A stretch of 64,000 nt of DNA from the human T2T-CHM13v2.0 reference genome, Homo sapiens, in NCBI RefSeq assembly GCF_009914755.1, contig NC_060940.1; one strand, 5' to 3'. Under the pieces are notes generated by a model. The model was not told where the DNA came from, did not search any database, and worked only from the letters and a program-made list of their open reading frames with translations. The position numbers and the translations under genes were made by a program. Positions 52,150-64,000 of this stretch are shown here, one piece after another (the first letter of the stretch is position 1; each line of letters starts with the position of its first letter).

Positions 52150-55100
52150 AAGAGCTCATGACACAAAGAAGTCTGAACTTCATTTTGCAGAGGATGGGAG
52201 CCTCAGTTTCCCTATATGCGCAATGGAGATTTGACCTTGCCAGGCTGTTGTGAAGATTACAAGAGATACTTGATGTGCAAAGCACGAAAAGCGGGCACAC
52301 AAGAAAGGCTGGCTCACCACTTCCATTCCAAGATTTCTGGTCCCACAGCTGAGCTGTTCCCTGGCCCAGGCTTAGTGACTGAGCATGGACAGCAGTGCCC
52401 ACACCAAGGGCTTCCAACCCCGCTTTCTCCCCTGCAGAGAATGTGCTTAGCCCACCTCAGTACTACTGCCTCCCACCCCACTGCAGAGCACAGCCAGCAA
52501 AGCTGCATATTTTACATTTTCAATTCTCTTATTTTAGAAAGTTTAACACCAAATGGCAAATGAATGCAAATTACACTTCAATTGCACAATTAAAGCCGGA
52601 AATGTTGTCTACAGGTTCGTTCAGTAATCCCAGCCACTCCTCTTGTGCTTACATATCATAGGATTTGTCTCTGGTCCCCAGAGGCTGGCAAAAAGCCCAC
52701 AGCCCTGCCTGAGACAACACTGTGTGCGCTTGTGCGCACAGACACACACACACAGCACCCCTCCAGCACTTTAAATAAAGCAGGACCCCGAAACAGCATC
52801 CCCATCCCCATCTTCCCTCAGTCTCCTAGAGGTGAGGAGAAGGGGCCACCAAGATGGAGGGCAAGGAATGGCTTGAGGTGGGGCCTGGGGTGTGGGGAGC
52901 CGGCTGATACCCGGCTTCTGTGCCCCTCCAGTCCGGCTGCTGCTTCGCTCCCAGTTGCTAGCAAACCTGACTCAGCCCAGGGGGTGACCTTGAGGCTCTG
53001 GAGCACCAATCTCGATGCACACCTTGGCCAGGACTCTGCCTCTGCCTGGGGTGGAAGAGAGGCCCTGGTGAGAGGAAGGCCCTGGGAGGCAACCTCAACA
53101 GGGGGCCTGGGTCCCAGCAACAGAGACTGTGGGGAGCTGCTCTTCCAGCTGCACCTGGCTTTGAGCCTCTGTGCTGGGCCAGAGTTTTGGTGCTCTAGCC
53201 ACCTGGAGACCCTGCAACCCTTGGTGTATAGGTAGAAACCTCTGGAGGAGAAGGCGATCTCAGTGGCCTGGCTTACTGTGAGCCCCTCTCAAGGCCTGGA
53301 GGAAAGGCCCGAGAGCTAAAGACACGCTTCTAGGCCACTCCTGCCTCAGCTTCCAGGAAAACAGACCTAGTCCTCCTTCCAGTGAGCAGGCTGGCTGGGC
53401 CTGTAGTCCTGGCTCTGACGATGAGAAAAGGCTCAAAGAAAGCGGGAGGAAGCCACACCAATTAGTATGCGCTACACAGCTTTTTTGCAAAATGAATATA
53501 AAACACTTGTGCTTTCTTTTTGTGTGAGAGAAAGAAGGGAGGAAAGAGAGGGAGGGAGGAAGGACAAGAAAGCAATATTCTGCAGGAGCAGGAGCGCCTG
53601 CCGTTACCATGGTGACAGGCGGGGGTGGGGAAGGCCCATCAGCTGGCCCCTGGTTTCGGAGTGGAGTGAGCTGGCCATTGGTGGAGTGAAAGGGTCAGGG
53701 TTGGTGGCACCTGGGTGTGGGCAGCATCTCACAAAGCAGCTCTGGAGGGGGTGCTCAGGGCGAGGGGAGAGGGCTTCTTGCCTTCCACGGTGGTGACTTT
53801 ACACCAGCAAAGGGCATATTTCAATGTGGGAGGAGGGTGAGTGTCTGGGTGGGGCCACCACAGGCTGTCGCCCCAGTGCATTCTAGCAGGTGAAGTCTAG
53901 TCTCTCTGGGATGGTGGCTGCTCCTTCTCTTCTCTGACTGGTCCATCCAGGCCCTCACTGTCCCAACACCTGGTCCCAGACCAGCCCTAGGAGACCTCGG
54001 TGTGGAAAGCTCCCAGCTCTCACTCTCCCCAGGGTGCCGCGGCAGCTCCTTTACCATCCTGGGAACAGCTGGGGACTGGACACCAGATTTGCAAGGTCAA
54101 GTGTCGAGGCTGGGAGGCTCGTTCTCACCTCCCACCAAGATTCCCGAACATAAAGTCCCAGGGCGAGGCACTCAGTCTCAACTGAATAAATACTTGCTGA
54201 CCTGCAGCGTTGGACAGGAAATGGAAGATGGATGGCTCTGAGCAGCTCCTGCCAAGGAGGATGGACGGAGAGGCCGCCCACTTCACTCTACCCACTTATC
54301 CTTAAGAAACTTGGTCAAACGTTCACACAGGCCATTGGTCGGCTGATGAGCCCTAGGAGTCAACTGACTCAGCCTTCTAGCTACTGAAGAGGGAACCCTT
54401 CTTGTGTTGACAGGAAATCCCCAAGCTGGGCCCTCTCCAGGCCTGGCCAGGAAGAAGCTGCAAGAATGTTTCCAACGGACACACTTGGTACTGGCGGGGA
54501 GAGGTGAACTCAGGCTAAAGGCCTTGGAAGCTGAGGTCTGGCCAGTGCAGGCCACTGCCAAAGGCTATCTGATGCCTCTGCCTGGAGCGGTCAGGTCGCA
54601 GGGCCTTGCCTGAAATCTGGGTCAGGTCCAGCAGCTACTTCTTCTGAGGTGGAGCTGATGTGAAGTACACAGGCCCCGAGGGCAGGTATTCCTGGAAAAC
54701 CTTGGGGTCTTCTGCTCCCCTCCAAGCAGGAGCCTGGCCCCTTCCTTCGTGAGGGGTGCAGCCTGGCTGGCCAAGCCTCTTCAGTCCCTGACCACATATG
54801 GAATGGCTCTTGTTGCCCTGGTTTAGGGGCATTAGCCAGAGAGCACACCCTAGGAAGCCGGGCTGCTGTACCCAGGAAGGGTCCCCTGGGGGAGCCATGG
54901 GAAGGACAGTAGGGCTTCCACTGCTGAGAGCATGGAAGAAGGCATTGGCACCAGCTGGCACCGGGGCCAGAGGCCTCCGCCCTGGACACAAAGTAAACAT
55001 GAGCTGCAGAAGGCAGCAATCGGGCCCTGGCCCTGGCCTGGGAAAGGGGTGGCATCCTGAGAAACGCCCTGGTCTGCACGGGGTCACAGCAGCCCTGCCT

Positions 55101-56181
55101 TCTGCAACAAGGAAGGAAAGTGTTGCCTAAAAGAACGCTTAGCTTTGGTGGTGGGAAAGGAGCACTACTTAGGCCTAGACCCATTTTATTTCCCATTGAG
55201 AAAACTGCCTTGATAGAAAACGTTTTGTCTTAGTAAACCAAAAGCAACCTAAAAAAAAATCATAAATCTTAGTTTGTGTTGCGTGACTTTGAACACAAAC
55301 CCTGGGGGATGAGGACAGCATTCTGTGTTTAAACATTTTGCCACCTTTCCTTCAGTGTCCAGCACTGTGCCACATATGCCAGAGGCCAGCGCCTAACGCT
55401 GACTGTTAGGTTCCACTGATTAACAGTGACAGCACCATTAGTGCCAGCACTGGGTCTGGCAGCTGAGAACACTCTAGCGGCCATTCCTCTTAGGGTAAAG
55501 GAGAAAAGAAAGGCCAGCCTCAGGTAAGACACCTTTGAGACCAGATCCCTGACCTCCGTCTTCTCTCCCACCCATTCCAAGGTCTCCCCTCCTTCCAGCT
55601 GATTCCAGCCATTGCTCACTTGCACCATCCTGGGCCCTGACCCAGAGGGTACACTCTCAGGGTTATAAATTCTCTCCATGAGCTGGGCAGGGAACGGGGT
55701 GGTGCCTGCTGCACTGAGAGCAGCACGAGAGTGGTGCCCACTCATACCCGCTATGGCTCTGTCACCAGGAGATAAGCCTAGGGGCCACGGCAGCCAGGAG
55801 AAGGCTCCTGCCTCCCTCCAGGGCCCCGCTTCATTGTGGTTTACTTGCAAGCTACGCACAGTCCCCGAGCGAAGGATGCAGGCTCTACCCCATAGGCCTC
55901 ACTTCCAATCTGCTGTGGGAGGGCCCAATGCAGCAGGACAGGCCCCAGATGTGGGGCACGTCCAAGGAGATGAGCTCCTCATCCAACCAAACTCCTCTAT
56001 TTGTTCACTTTCTCAGAGGACGCTTCTGAGCACCTACTGTGGGCTGAATGGACTGTCCTCACAGAACTCCCAGCTAACAGGCCACGATGGAGAGGGATTA
56101 GAGCTAGGAGAGGGTCTGAGTGGACGGGGGGACATAAAGACACAGAGGGAACCTGGCCCAGCCTTGATGTGCAGGAGGAGG

Positions 56182-56183
<2 letters not shown>

Positions 56184-56221
<38 letters not shown>
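56184..56221. repeat. (GT)n microsatellite
   Basis: About 19 perfect GT units. Confidence 0.95.
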
Positions 56222-56222
<1 letters not shown>

Positions 56223-59200
56223 AGACAGATGGACAGATAAACAAGGCTTCATGGAGCATATAAGTGAGATCTGGCCCAAGTTACTTAACTTCTCCAGTTT
56301 CCTCTTAGGGGAAATGGGGAAAATGACAGAACCTACCCTCACAGGGTTGTCTGATCGTGAAGATGAACTAAGATCACTCACAAGGGGCAGAGCACAGGGT
56401 GTGGAACAGAGCAAGCCAGTGTGAAAATGGTGGGTCTCATTAGCAGTGGGGGGACGGTCCCAGTCCTCTACATCTCTGGGCTCACCTGGGCTCACCCAGG
56501 CTCACCCAAGCTCCTGCCAGTCTGTGGGCCTTGTGACTTGCCAACAGGGAGGTGCCTGGGAAATCCAGCTGATTCAGCCTTGGCCATCTCCAGAGGAGGA
56601 AAAATCAACACATGACTTGCAAGAAATTTTGGCTTCTGAGGACGCAGGAACGCTAAGTGGGGTGAAAACCGGGGGCCCTGGCTTGGCTGCCTCGCCTAGG
56701 GCTGCATGGAGAGGGCACCAGGGCTGAGAGCTGGGGGTATATGGCCTACAGTCTCTAAGCAAGATCTCACGCTGGTCTGTATCTGTGCTCCCAGAGATGT
56801 GCACCAAACCCACTGGGAAGCATGTGAAAAATACCAGCCCCTGGGCACCCGGGCTCTGCTTGAGGGACGACTGAGGAAGGCCGGGAGTGAGGCCCAAGCA
56901 GCTGGATTTTAAAAGCTCCAGGGAATTCTGGTGACAGTCCTGGTTTAGATGGCTCTGCTGTGTGGCTTGAGCCGGGGCTGGATAGTGTGCTCAGTCCTGC
57001 AGGCAACTCGCCCTGCAGCTTGGCTCTAGGAGGTGTGAGTGAGAGCGCCCATTCCTGCCTCAGGGAAAGGCTGGCTGGGCTGGCTCCTCTTTGTGGGGTT
57101 CCTCCTACCCCAGAGGCCCTGCCGCTGGGAGAGCCGCCTCCCTTTCCACCATGCTTCTCAGCCCAACCTCTGCCTTCACCAGGAGCTAGGCAGCACCCTC
57201 CTGGCCCCCAATCCATTCATACCAGTTACTGTGCCCAGCTCTGGGTCCTCACTGGTCCATCTGCCCAGGGCAAGGAACATGGAGAGGTAAATACTCAAAC
57301 CCTCCTGGCACACAGTCCTGTCTTCCCTGCAAGGAGGTGGCAAGGCTGGCCGCAGTTACTCTGGGTCCCCCTGTGCTCTGGGGTGGCTGCTGTGGGCACT
57401 GACACCACAAGGTGGGAACATCTGGAAGAATGAGGGGTGGGTAGAGGCCCTCTCAGTGGGTACAGTTCTGGGACTGTTACCTTGCCATTCCCCTCTCTTC
57501 CCTAGCAACGATTTGCCGCCAAGCCTCATTTTAGAAGACCACAGTCCTCTCTGAACCCCCAGCAGTGGCTGCTGGTACCTCTGCTGGGCCTGGGACCTAG
57601 CTGTCCCCGAGGAGGAAGGCTCAGGGCCGTGGCTGGAGTCTAGCTGCTTTGCTGGCTGGCGGTGGCCCTTCTCCCTGGCACATGACTCCCTCTCACTTGT
57701 TCTCAGAAGCCCCCAAAAGAAGCTGCAGGGACAGCCGCGGGGAGAGGGGACAGAGGGCAGTGTCCCCTGCCCACGGCAGGGCCAGGGGAGGGTGCCTCAG
57801 GAAGAGGGTCCCCGGGCCATCAGTGCCCACCCAGCTCCTCTCCCCTGCAGGCTGGGCTCTTGCAAGAGGAGTCAAGTTCTTTGGGCACCGACACGGCACC
57901 CCTCCATTCTCTGGGCTGAGGCCGTATCTTACTGCGTGATCTGATTTTAAAGATATCTGTGGAATTGAGGTGGGGGTGGAGGGGTGTTTTTGTTTGTTTT
58001 GGAGAGTGGATGGAATGAAAATTGGAGGGAAGTGAACACTGAGGCAAGAATCTGAGGAGGAAAAACAAGTACTGTTCTTATGGAAGACTGTCCGCTTCTG
58101 AGCAGGCAGCATTAGTATTCCAGGGAGTGGAGTCAGGACCACACAGATTCAGGGCTGGAAGGGATCTCAGACCATCCAGTCCAACCCCAGTACCCTGGGA
58201 AGAAAACCGAGGTGAGGCGGTGTCATGTGACCTGCCTGGTCCCGTGGAGAGCCGGGCAGCGTGGGGGCAGAGGCTGGCCCTCCTGATCTGCACCCAGGCG
58301 GCTTCTACACCACCCTGCAGCAGGCCTGGCCACCGGCCTCAGCGCTTCTGGGAGAAGGTCAGCCAGGTGGAAGATGGAGAGGGCTTCTGGACTGAGCCCT
58401 GGAGGGGGGCTAGGGGCCACCAGGTCAGTGAGCAGCCAGGGACAGCCCATGGGGCCTGGGAAGGAAGGTGCAGGAGAATGAGGTCAAAGTTAAATGCACA
58501 GAGGGAGAAGGTGCATTTAGAACTGAAGGTCAGCCAAGGACAAAACCCTATGGGGTCAGCGGAGGGCCTGGGCCTGGATAAGGCAGTGCCTCCACCCTGG
58601 GCCGGGTCCCTGCTCTGCAGTGAGGTGACACCTTGTGTGAGGTTTTAGATGCTCTGGAATCAGACAGATTTGACTGTCAATTCTGGCTGACAGTGTGACC
58701 TTAGGCAAGTGATCCTCCTCACACCTCGGGGTAACTAAGATCACTCCTGGACCACCATGTGGATTCATTAAGACACAGATGCAATGCACTCAGAATGGGG
58801 CACAAGCCCCGCAGACTTCAGCTGGGGCCCTCTCCTCCTCCTAGTCTCCTCCCACTGATACGAGGGGTTGACACATGACCCACCACGGTTCCTAAAGAAA
58901 GCTGCAGCGGGGGTGGTGGAGGGGCCGTCATTGGCTCTCTAAGCTGCCCTCAAATGAAGGGGCCTCTACTTTAGTGGAAGCCCCCATTTTGGGGTAGACA
59001 CTGAGGGATGGCAGTAACAGCTCCTCTCTTTGGGGGACGGGAGAGAGCAGCCCCAGCCACCTGGGAACCTAGGGGCACTCTGCTTCCTCCCACCATTCCT
59101 CACAGCACAGCTCGGGGGTTTGGGGCTTCCCCCAGGTGGGACCCCAGGCCAAAGTCCGTGTCATCAAGAATTAAATCCCTTTAAAGCAGGCAGATGAGCC

Positions 59201-60944
59201 CTGGGACCCAGCTGGCCAACCCACCTGACCACGGTGACAAGGACTGCTTGGGAAGGATAAGGTAAGGGAGTACATCTGTGGACCGGATGGCATGAGGCTG
59301 GAGAAGGAAAGGGGCACGCTGGGGTGATACACAGGGCTGCTTCTGCCCTGAGGCAGGAAGCCAGGCAGCCTCACCCCAGCTCTGCTCTGCTCTGCTCTGG
59401 GCTGGGCTGAGGCTCCAGGCAGGCGTGGCAGCAGCAGTGGCACTGCCAGCCCAAGTTGGGCCGTTCCTCTGGGCTCCTAGGCAAGCCCCGATCTGCTTCT
59501 CTTTCTGGCAACTCGGCCTGGCCCCAGTGAGTGCTCTCCTTTCAGATCTCTGAACCTCCTGAGTTTTTCCGATCCATTTCTCCTGGGACCTGCACCATGA
59601 AAACAAATGAACTCTCCCCTTCCTCCCCTACCAAAGCAAATCGCACCTTAAAATACAGTCTAGGGCATGGCAGGGGGTGCTTCCCAGCGCCTACCCTGCT
59701 GGTGAGGGGCTGAGAGGCCCAAGACCAAGGAGGGCTGGATAGGGCATCTGCCACCAGTGAAGAGCCCCTCAAGGCGCCCCATTCCTCTCCCCTCAGGACT
59801 CAGCAGAGGCTGGGACAGCCCTTGGGGTTCTACCCCATGGGTCAGGCACTTCTGCTACCTGTCCTCAACCCAGGTACCACTGGGTTGGGGAGGCACCGGG
59901 CCACCTTGGACCGGGTACATCGCTGTACCCATGGTGTACCTTACGAAACTTACAACAAAAGCTCCTTTTCAGATGCCCTTACACCACTCCCTAGACCTTG
60001 CCCCCTACCATCCTTTCCTCCTGAGTCATGGCCGTGCCACAGTGGGTGTGATGGGTGGCCCATGTTCTTCATGCAGTGAGTGGGTTCCCAAACTAGAAAC
60101 GTTACCACTGCCATGAATACTGTCCTCGGAATCCTACTTTCCAATTTTTCCAGAAAGGTGGTTCTCATTTCTTTTCTTTGCATCTACACCAGTCACAAAA
60201 GCCACAAACTCCCATCAGCAATTTTTCTGTTACTCTGAAGCTACGGGAGGGGGAAGAGAGGAGTTCCTCCTGGGTTGAGACTCTTCTCCAAAGTGTTAAG
60301 GACGCCCCGGCTCTGAGATGCTGGGAAGACTCTGGGGACACTTTCTCTGTAGGCCCAACTGCAAAGAAAACAGTTCATGCTGGTGACTGAGCCCAGCAGG
60401 GCTTGCCTTCTCGATCTCAAAGGTTTTGCTTTTGTGGCTGTGGAGGCTCCAATGCAGGTCCTCTGCTGACGACGCCATTTCTCTTCCTCTCCCTGGACTC
60501 AGGGCGGCCAGCTGGAGCCCTTCCGCCTGCGAGTCGGGGAAGTGGCGCTGTGAACCTGCTGACAATGGGGCTCTAATGAGTAGAGCTCATGCTGAATGCA
60601 GCCTTGCTCCTGCTCTGGGCAGCCTCAGCCCAGGAGTGCTGGGGAGGCTGGAGAAGGGAAGACGGGAGGGGAGACAAATGCACAGAAGGCCAGTCCTGTG
60701 GCCCACTGTGTCCTTGTCTGCCTTTCTATGACCTCAAAATGGAACTCAAGTCCCTCAAACACCCCTGAGGTCCTCCGGCCTCTAGAGACAGGCAGGAAAA
60801 CAGAGAGCAGCTTCTGTCCTGGGTTTTGCTGCTGAAGCAGAAGCAGGGAGGACCCGGAGCAGATGCAGAGCCCATTGCCCTGATCTCAATGTGCATCTCC
60901 AGGCCCTTTACAGAAATGACCTCCTGCATCGGAGGAGCTACTGC

Positions 60945-61170
60945 TTATCGTGGGTTTATGTGTGCTGGGTCCCAAGGGGAGCATTTGACATTCATGATCT
61001 CATTTCATCCTTATAACAAACCTGGGAGCAAGCTTCCACTATTATTTTCTGTTTACAAATAAGGAACCTAAAGCTCAGAGAGGCTAGGTTACCAACCATC
61101 AAGTGGCAGAGCCCAAGGTGGACTCCTAGACTTCCTGAACCCAAAGCCCGTGCTCTTAACCACCAGGCCT
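60945..61170 (+). mobile_element. MIR SINE
   Basis: ATCTCATTTCATCCTTATAACAAACC...TTTACAAATAAGGAACCTAAAGCTCAGAGAGG...TGCTCTTAACCAC. Confidence 0.7.
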
Positions 61171-62505
61171 CAGTGTCACCTGGGTAGAGAAGGAAGAACC
61201 AGAGAGGGAAGTCATTCAGAATCACATCAAAATTACAAAACACTGAGAGTACTCATCATAAGTGAATAAAACCTACAAAAAAAGACTCTAAAGCATTACT
61301 GAAGGACATCAAGATGGCTCACAGGACTGAGAAAGAGCCTGGCTCCTGGGTGGGGGAGTTCACCACAGTGAGACGCCAAGTTCCCCCAACATACTTGTAA
61401 CGACAGACAGGTCATTATAATGGGCCAGGGTCTGGGTGAGGGGGTTACGCTTTCTCTTTAAACACGCCTATGAGGCTGGTGTAGACATCATTATCCCCTT
61501 TTCACAGGCCCAGGGAGGGTAAACTCCTTGGCCAGGGTCCCCGGTAAGGAAGGTTTAGAGCTAGGATTCAAGCCAGGGTCATGGCCACCTGTCTGGGATG
61601 TTCACGTTCACTCACAGGGGAATAGACATCCTTCCAGGATTTTCTGGAGACTGTGATCACCCTGAGAGTTCCAAAAGCAGGCTGGGAGGCAGCTGTGCCT
61701 AGGAGTTGTGGACTACCTGAGGTCCCACCATCGGGACCATGGAGAGGGCCCCCATCCCGTGGATACTCACAGGTGGGGGTATGGCCATCTTACAGGCAGA
61801 ACTCACTCAGGCAGCATGGCGGCTGCCCAGCTGCCAGGCAGCCAACAACTGGCATCTTCTGGGCAGGGGAAGCAGCAGTCTCACCTCCCAAACAGGGACC
61901 CAGCAGGATGCAGTGAGCACGCACCCTGCATTCTGCACTGTGGAAATCAGGGTCACATTTTCACTTAAAAAACAATCAGATCTCTAGCTATGGGAGGATT
62001 TCTACTCCAGTGCCAGGAATATTAATTTGACACCTGCAAATTCTTTTTGACAAAAGGAATTTTCAGATAACGTCTGCAAGGAGCAGGTGGTGCTGAGGAA
62101 ACAGCCACTTATCTTGAATAATGGGAAGGCAGAGACAACTGAGGATGCCAGAGGGTGGAGACTAACGAGGTGTCACTCGGTGGAACTGAGGAACAATGGC
62201 AGACGAGACACCCCAGCGAGGCCACGCACCCGTGGGACTGACAGAGATGGTGGTGGCAGCAGAGCTGGGTCTCTGAGGCTCTGCTGCACCAGCTCTTGCA
62301 TCACCAACACCTGAGCACACTGTCCCCTGCGAGCAGTGGCTCTCAGCGAGAGGGAGGAGCATGTGGGTTTATCACAACCATCCTGGGAGAGCAAGACATT
62401 TGCAACACAGATGACAAAGTGAATGTCCCAAATATACAAAGAGCTGCTACAGATCAATAAGAAAAGTGGACGAAGGATCTGGGGGCTGAAGGGGGAGCTT
62501 TTTCA

Positions 62506-62849
<344 letters not shown>

Positions 62850-64000
62850 CATACACCTCTCCATACTCTCCACGCTCAAGAACTTCTGGAACAAGACCAC
62901 AAAACCTTCCCCTGGTGAAATCATGAGGAAATGAGGAGGAAGATACAACCACACACAAGCTCGCCTCCTGCTGCTGACATGGGCTGGGAGCATGCTGGGT
63001 GAGACTCAGGCCTGGTGAGGAAGCGATTAAGGGCCCAGGCTTTAGTGCCAAACAGATCTGGCTCTGGGTTTGGGCTCTACCACCTCCTAGCTGTGTGCAG
63101 GTCATGTGACCTCCTCAGGCCATAGTTTTTAGAAATGCAAAATGGAAGTAAGACGACTCCCCGCAGAGAACCGTCGTGAGGGTTCTACAGACACAAGTGA
63201 AGGGTCTAGCGCGATTCCTCCCATGGTAATGACTTCCTACAGTTAAGAATCTTCCACGACAACCTGTGCCGCGGGGCTGCCTAGCTGGAAGTGAGAGCCT
63301 TTGCAGCGAGCACTGAGGTTAACTTCCATGAGTGAGGACTTTGGTAGGAGAGGACCTGCCTGTCTGGCTGTGTTCCTGCTTAACCTAACAAGCTTTCATA
63401 GTCTTGAATCCCAGGGAGCTCCAATTCGAGATCAGGGCTGTTTGGAAATACTTGAAAAATCCTGAGAGGGCACTTTCTAGATATCCTAGAAAGGAAGTTT
63501 CAGGAGAAGATGGGCTTTGTCTTGTTCATGGTTGTTTTCCCATTGCCAAGTACACAGCACACCCTCAGGCTCACCAAAGATTAAGCAGGGGACACTTAGG
63601 AATGTGATTCTGGAAAGCAACCGGATGGGGTAAGATCAGGACTCATCACTAATGATGAAGGTCCCCAAATCCCTCCTCTAGACAGAAGGGGAAGCAGAGG
63701 CTCTTCACTGCTGTTATGGTACCCCTCAACTGTCCCCCAGAGCAGTTTCCACACCCTCCCCAGTGCAGGCCCACAAGACGTGCCCCAAAACCCTGACAAC
63801 ATTTGGCACTTCAGCAAATCGAGTTTCCACAGCCACAGCCTGAACAGCGCTGTTTAATGGACTGCATCTCCGCCTGCTCCCTTTCAATGCGCACACACAA
63901 AAACCAATTTCAAGCACAGAAAGCTGGATGGGATTAAACAACTCAGTTTAAAGGACTGAAAACTCAGCTGCTTCCAGTGAAGTCCTAGGGAAGGAACCAA

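Noticed and set aside
55678-56424. 248-aa ORF with a CVCVCV run
   Set aside because: It runs through a (GT)n microsatellite and L2/MIR-like remnants.

Overview
This is human-type (primate) genomic DNA, GC-rich and dense in Alu, L1, L2 and MIR repeats, lying wholly inside the VAC14 gene on the minus strand. VAC14 is the scaffold of the PIKfyve-VAC14-FIG4 PI(3,5)P2 complex. Four consecutive coding exons can be read with compatible splice phases: 47750-47594 (157 nt), 34798-34666 (133 nt), 1981-1807 (175 nt) and 426-308 (119 nt). From recalled numbering these are exons 13-16, roughly aa 458-652. Over 99% of the window is intron, and nearly all ORFs in the supplied track are chance ORFs in GC-rich or repeat DNA. 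I found no convincing, wholly new biological system. The most interesting signals concern RNA processing and regulation: (1) a U12-type minor-spliceosome donor (GTATCCTT) after the last exon; (2) a candidate poison exon or alternative donor just downstream of exon 14, and a strong alternative donor after exon 15; (3) an intact solo LTR12/ERV9 LTR with 12 CCAAT boxes, oriented antisense and pointing at exon 13; (4) Alu orientation asymmetry around exons 13-14 that could favour back-splicing, plus a close inverted Alu pair; (5) a 42-bp palindromic, templated-looking insertion inside an Alu; (6) a four-layer nested transposon stack; and (7) several motif-dense candidate enhancers. Repeat subfamily names and the boundaries of old repeats are approximate by-eye calls.
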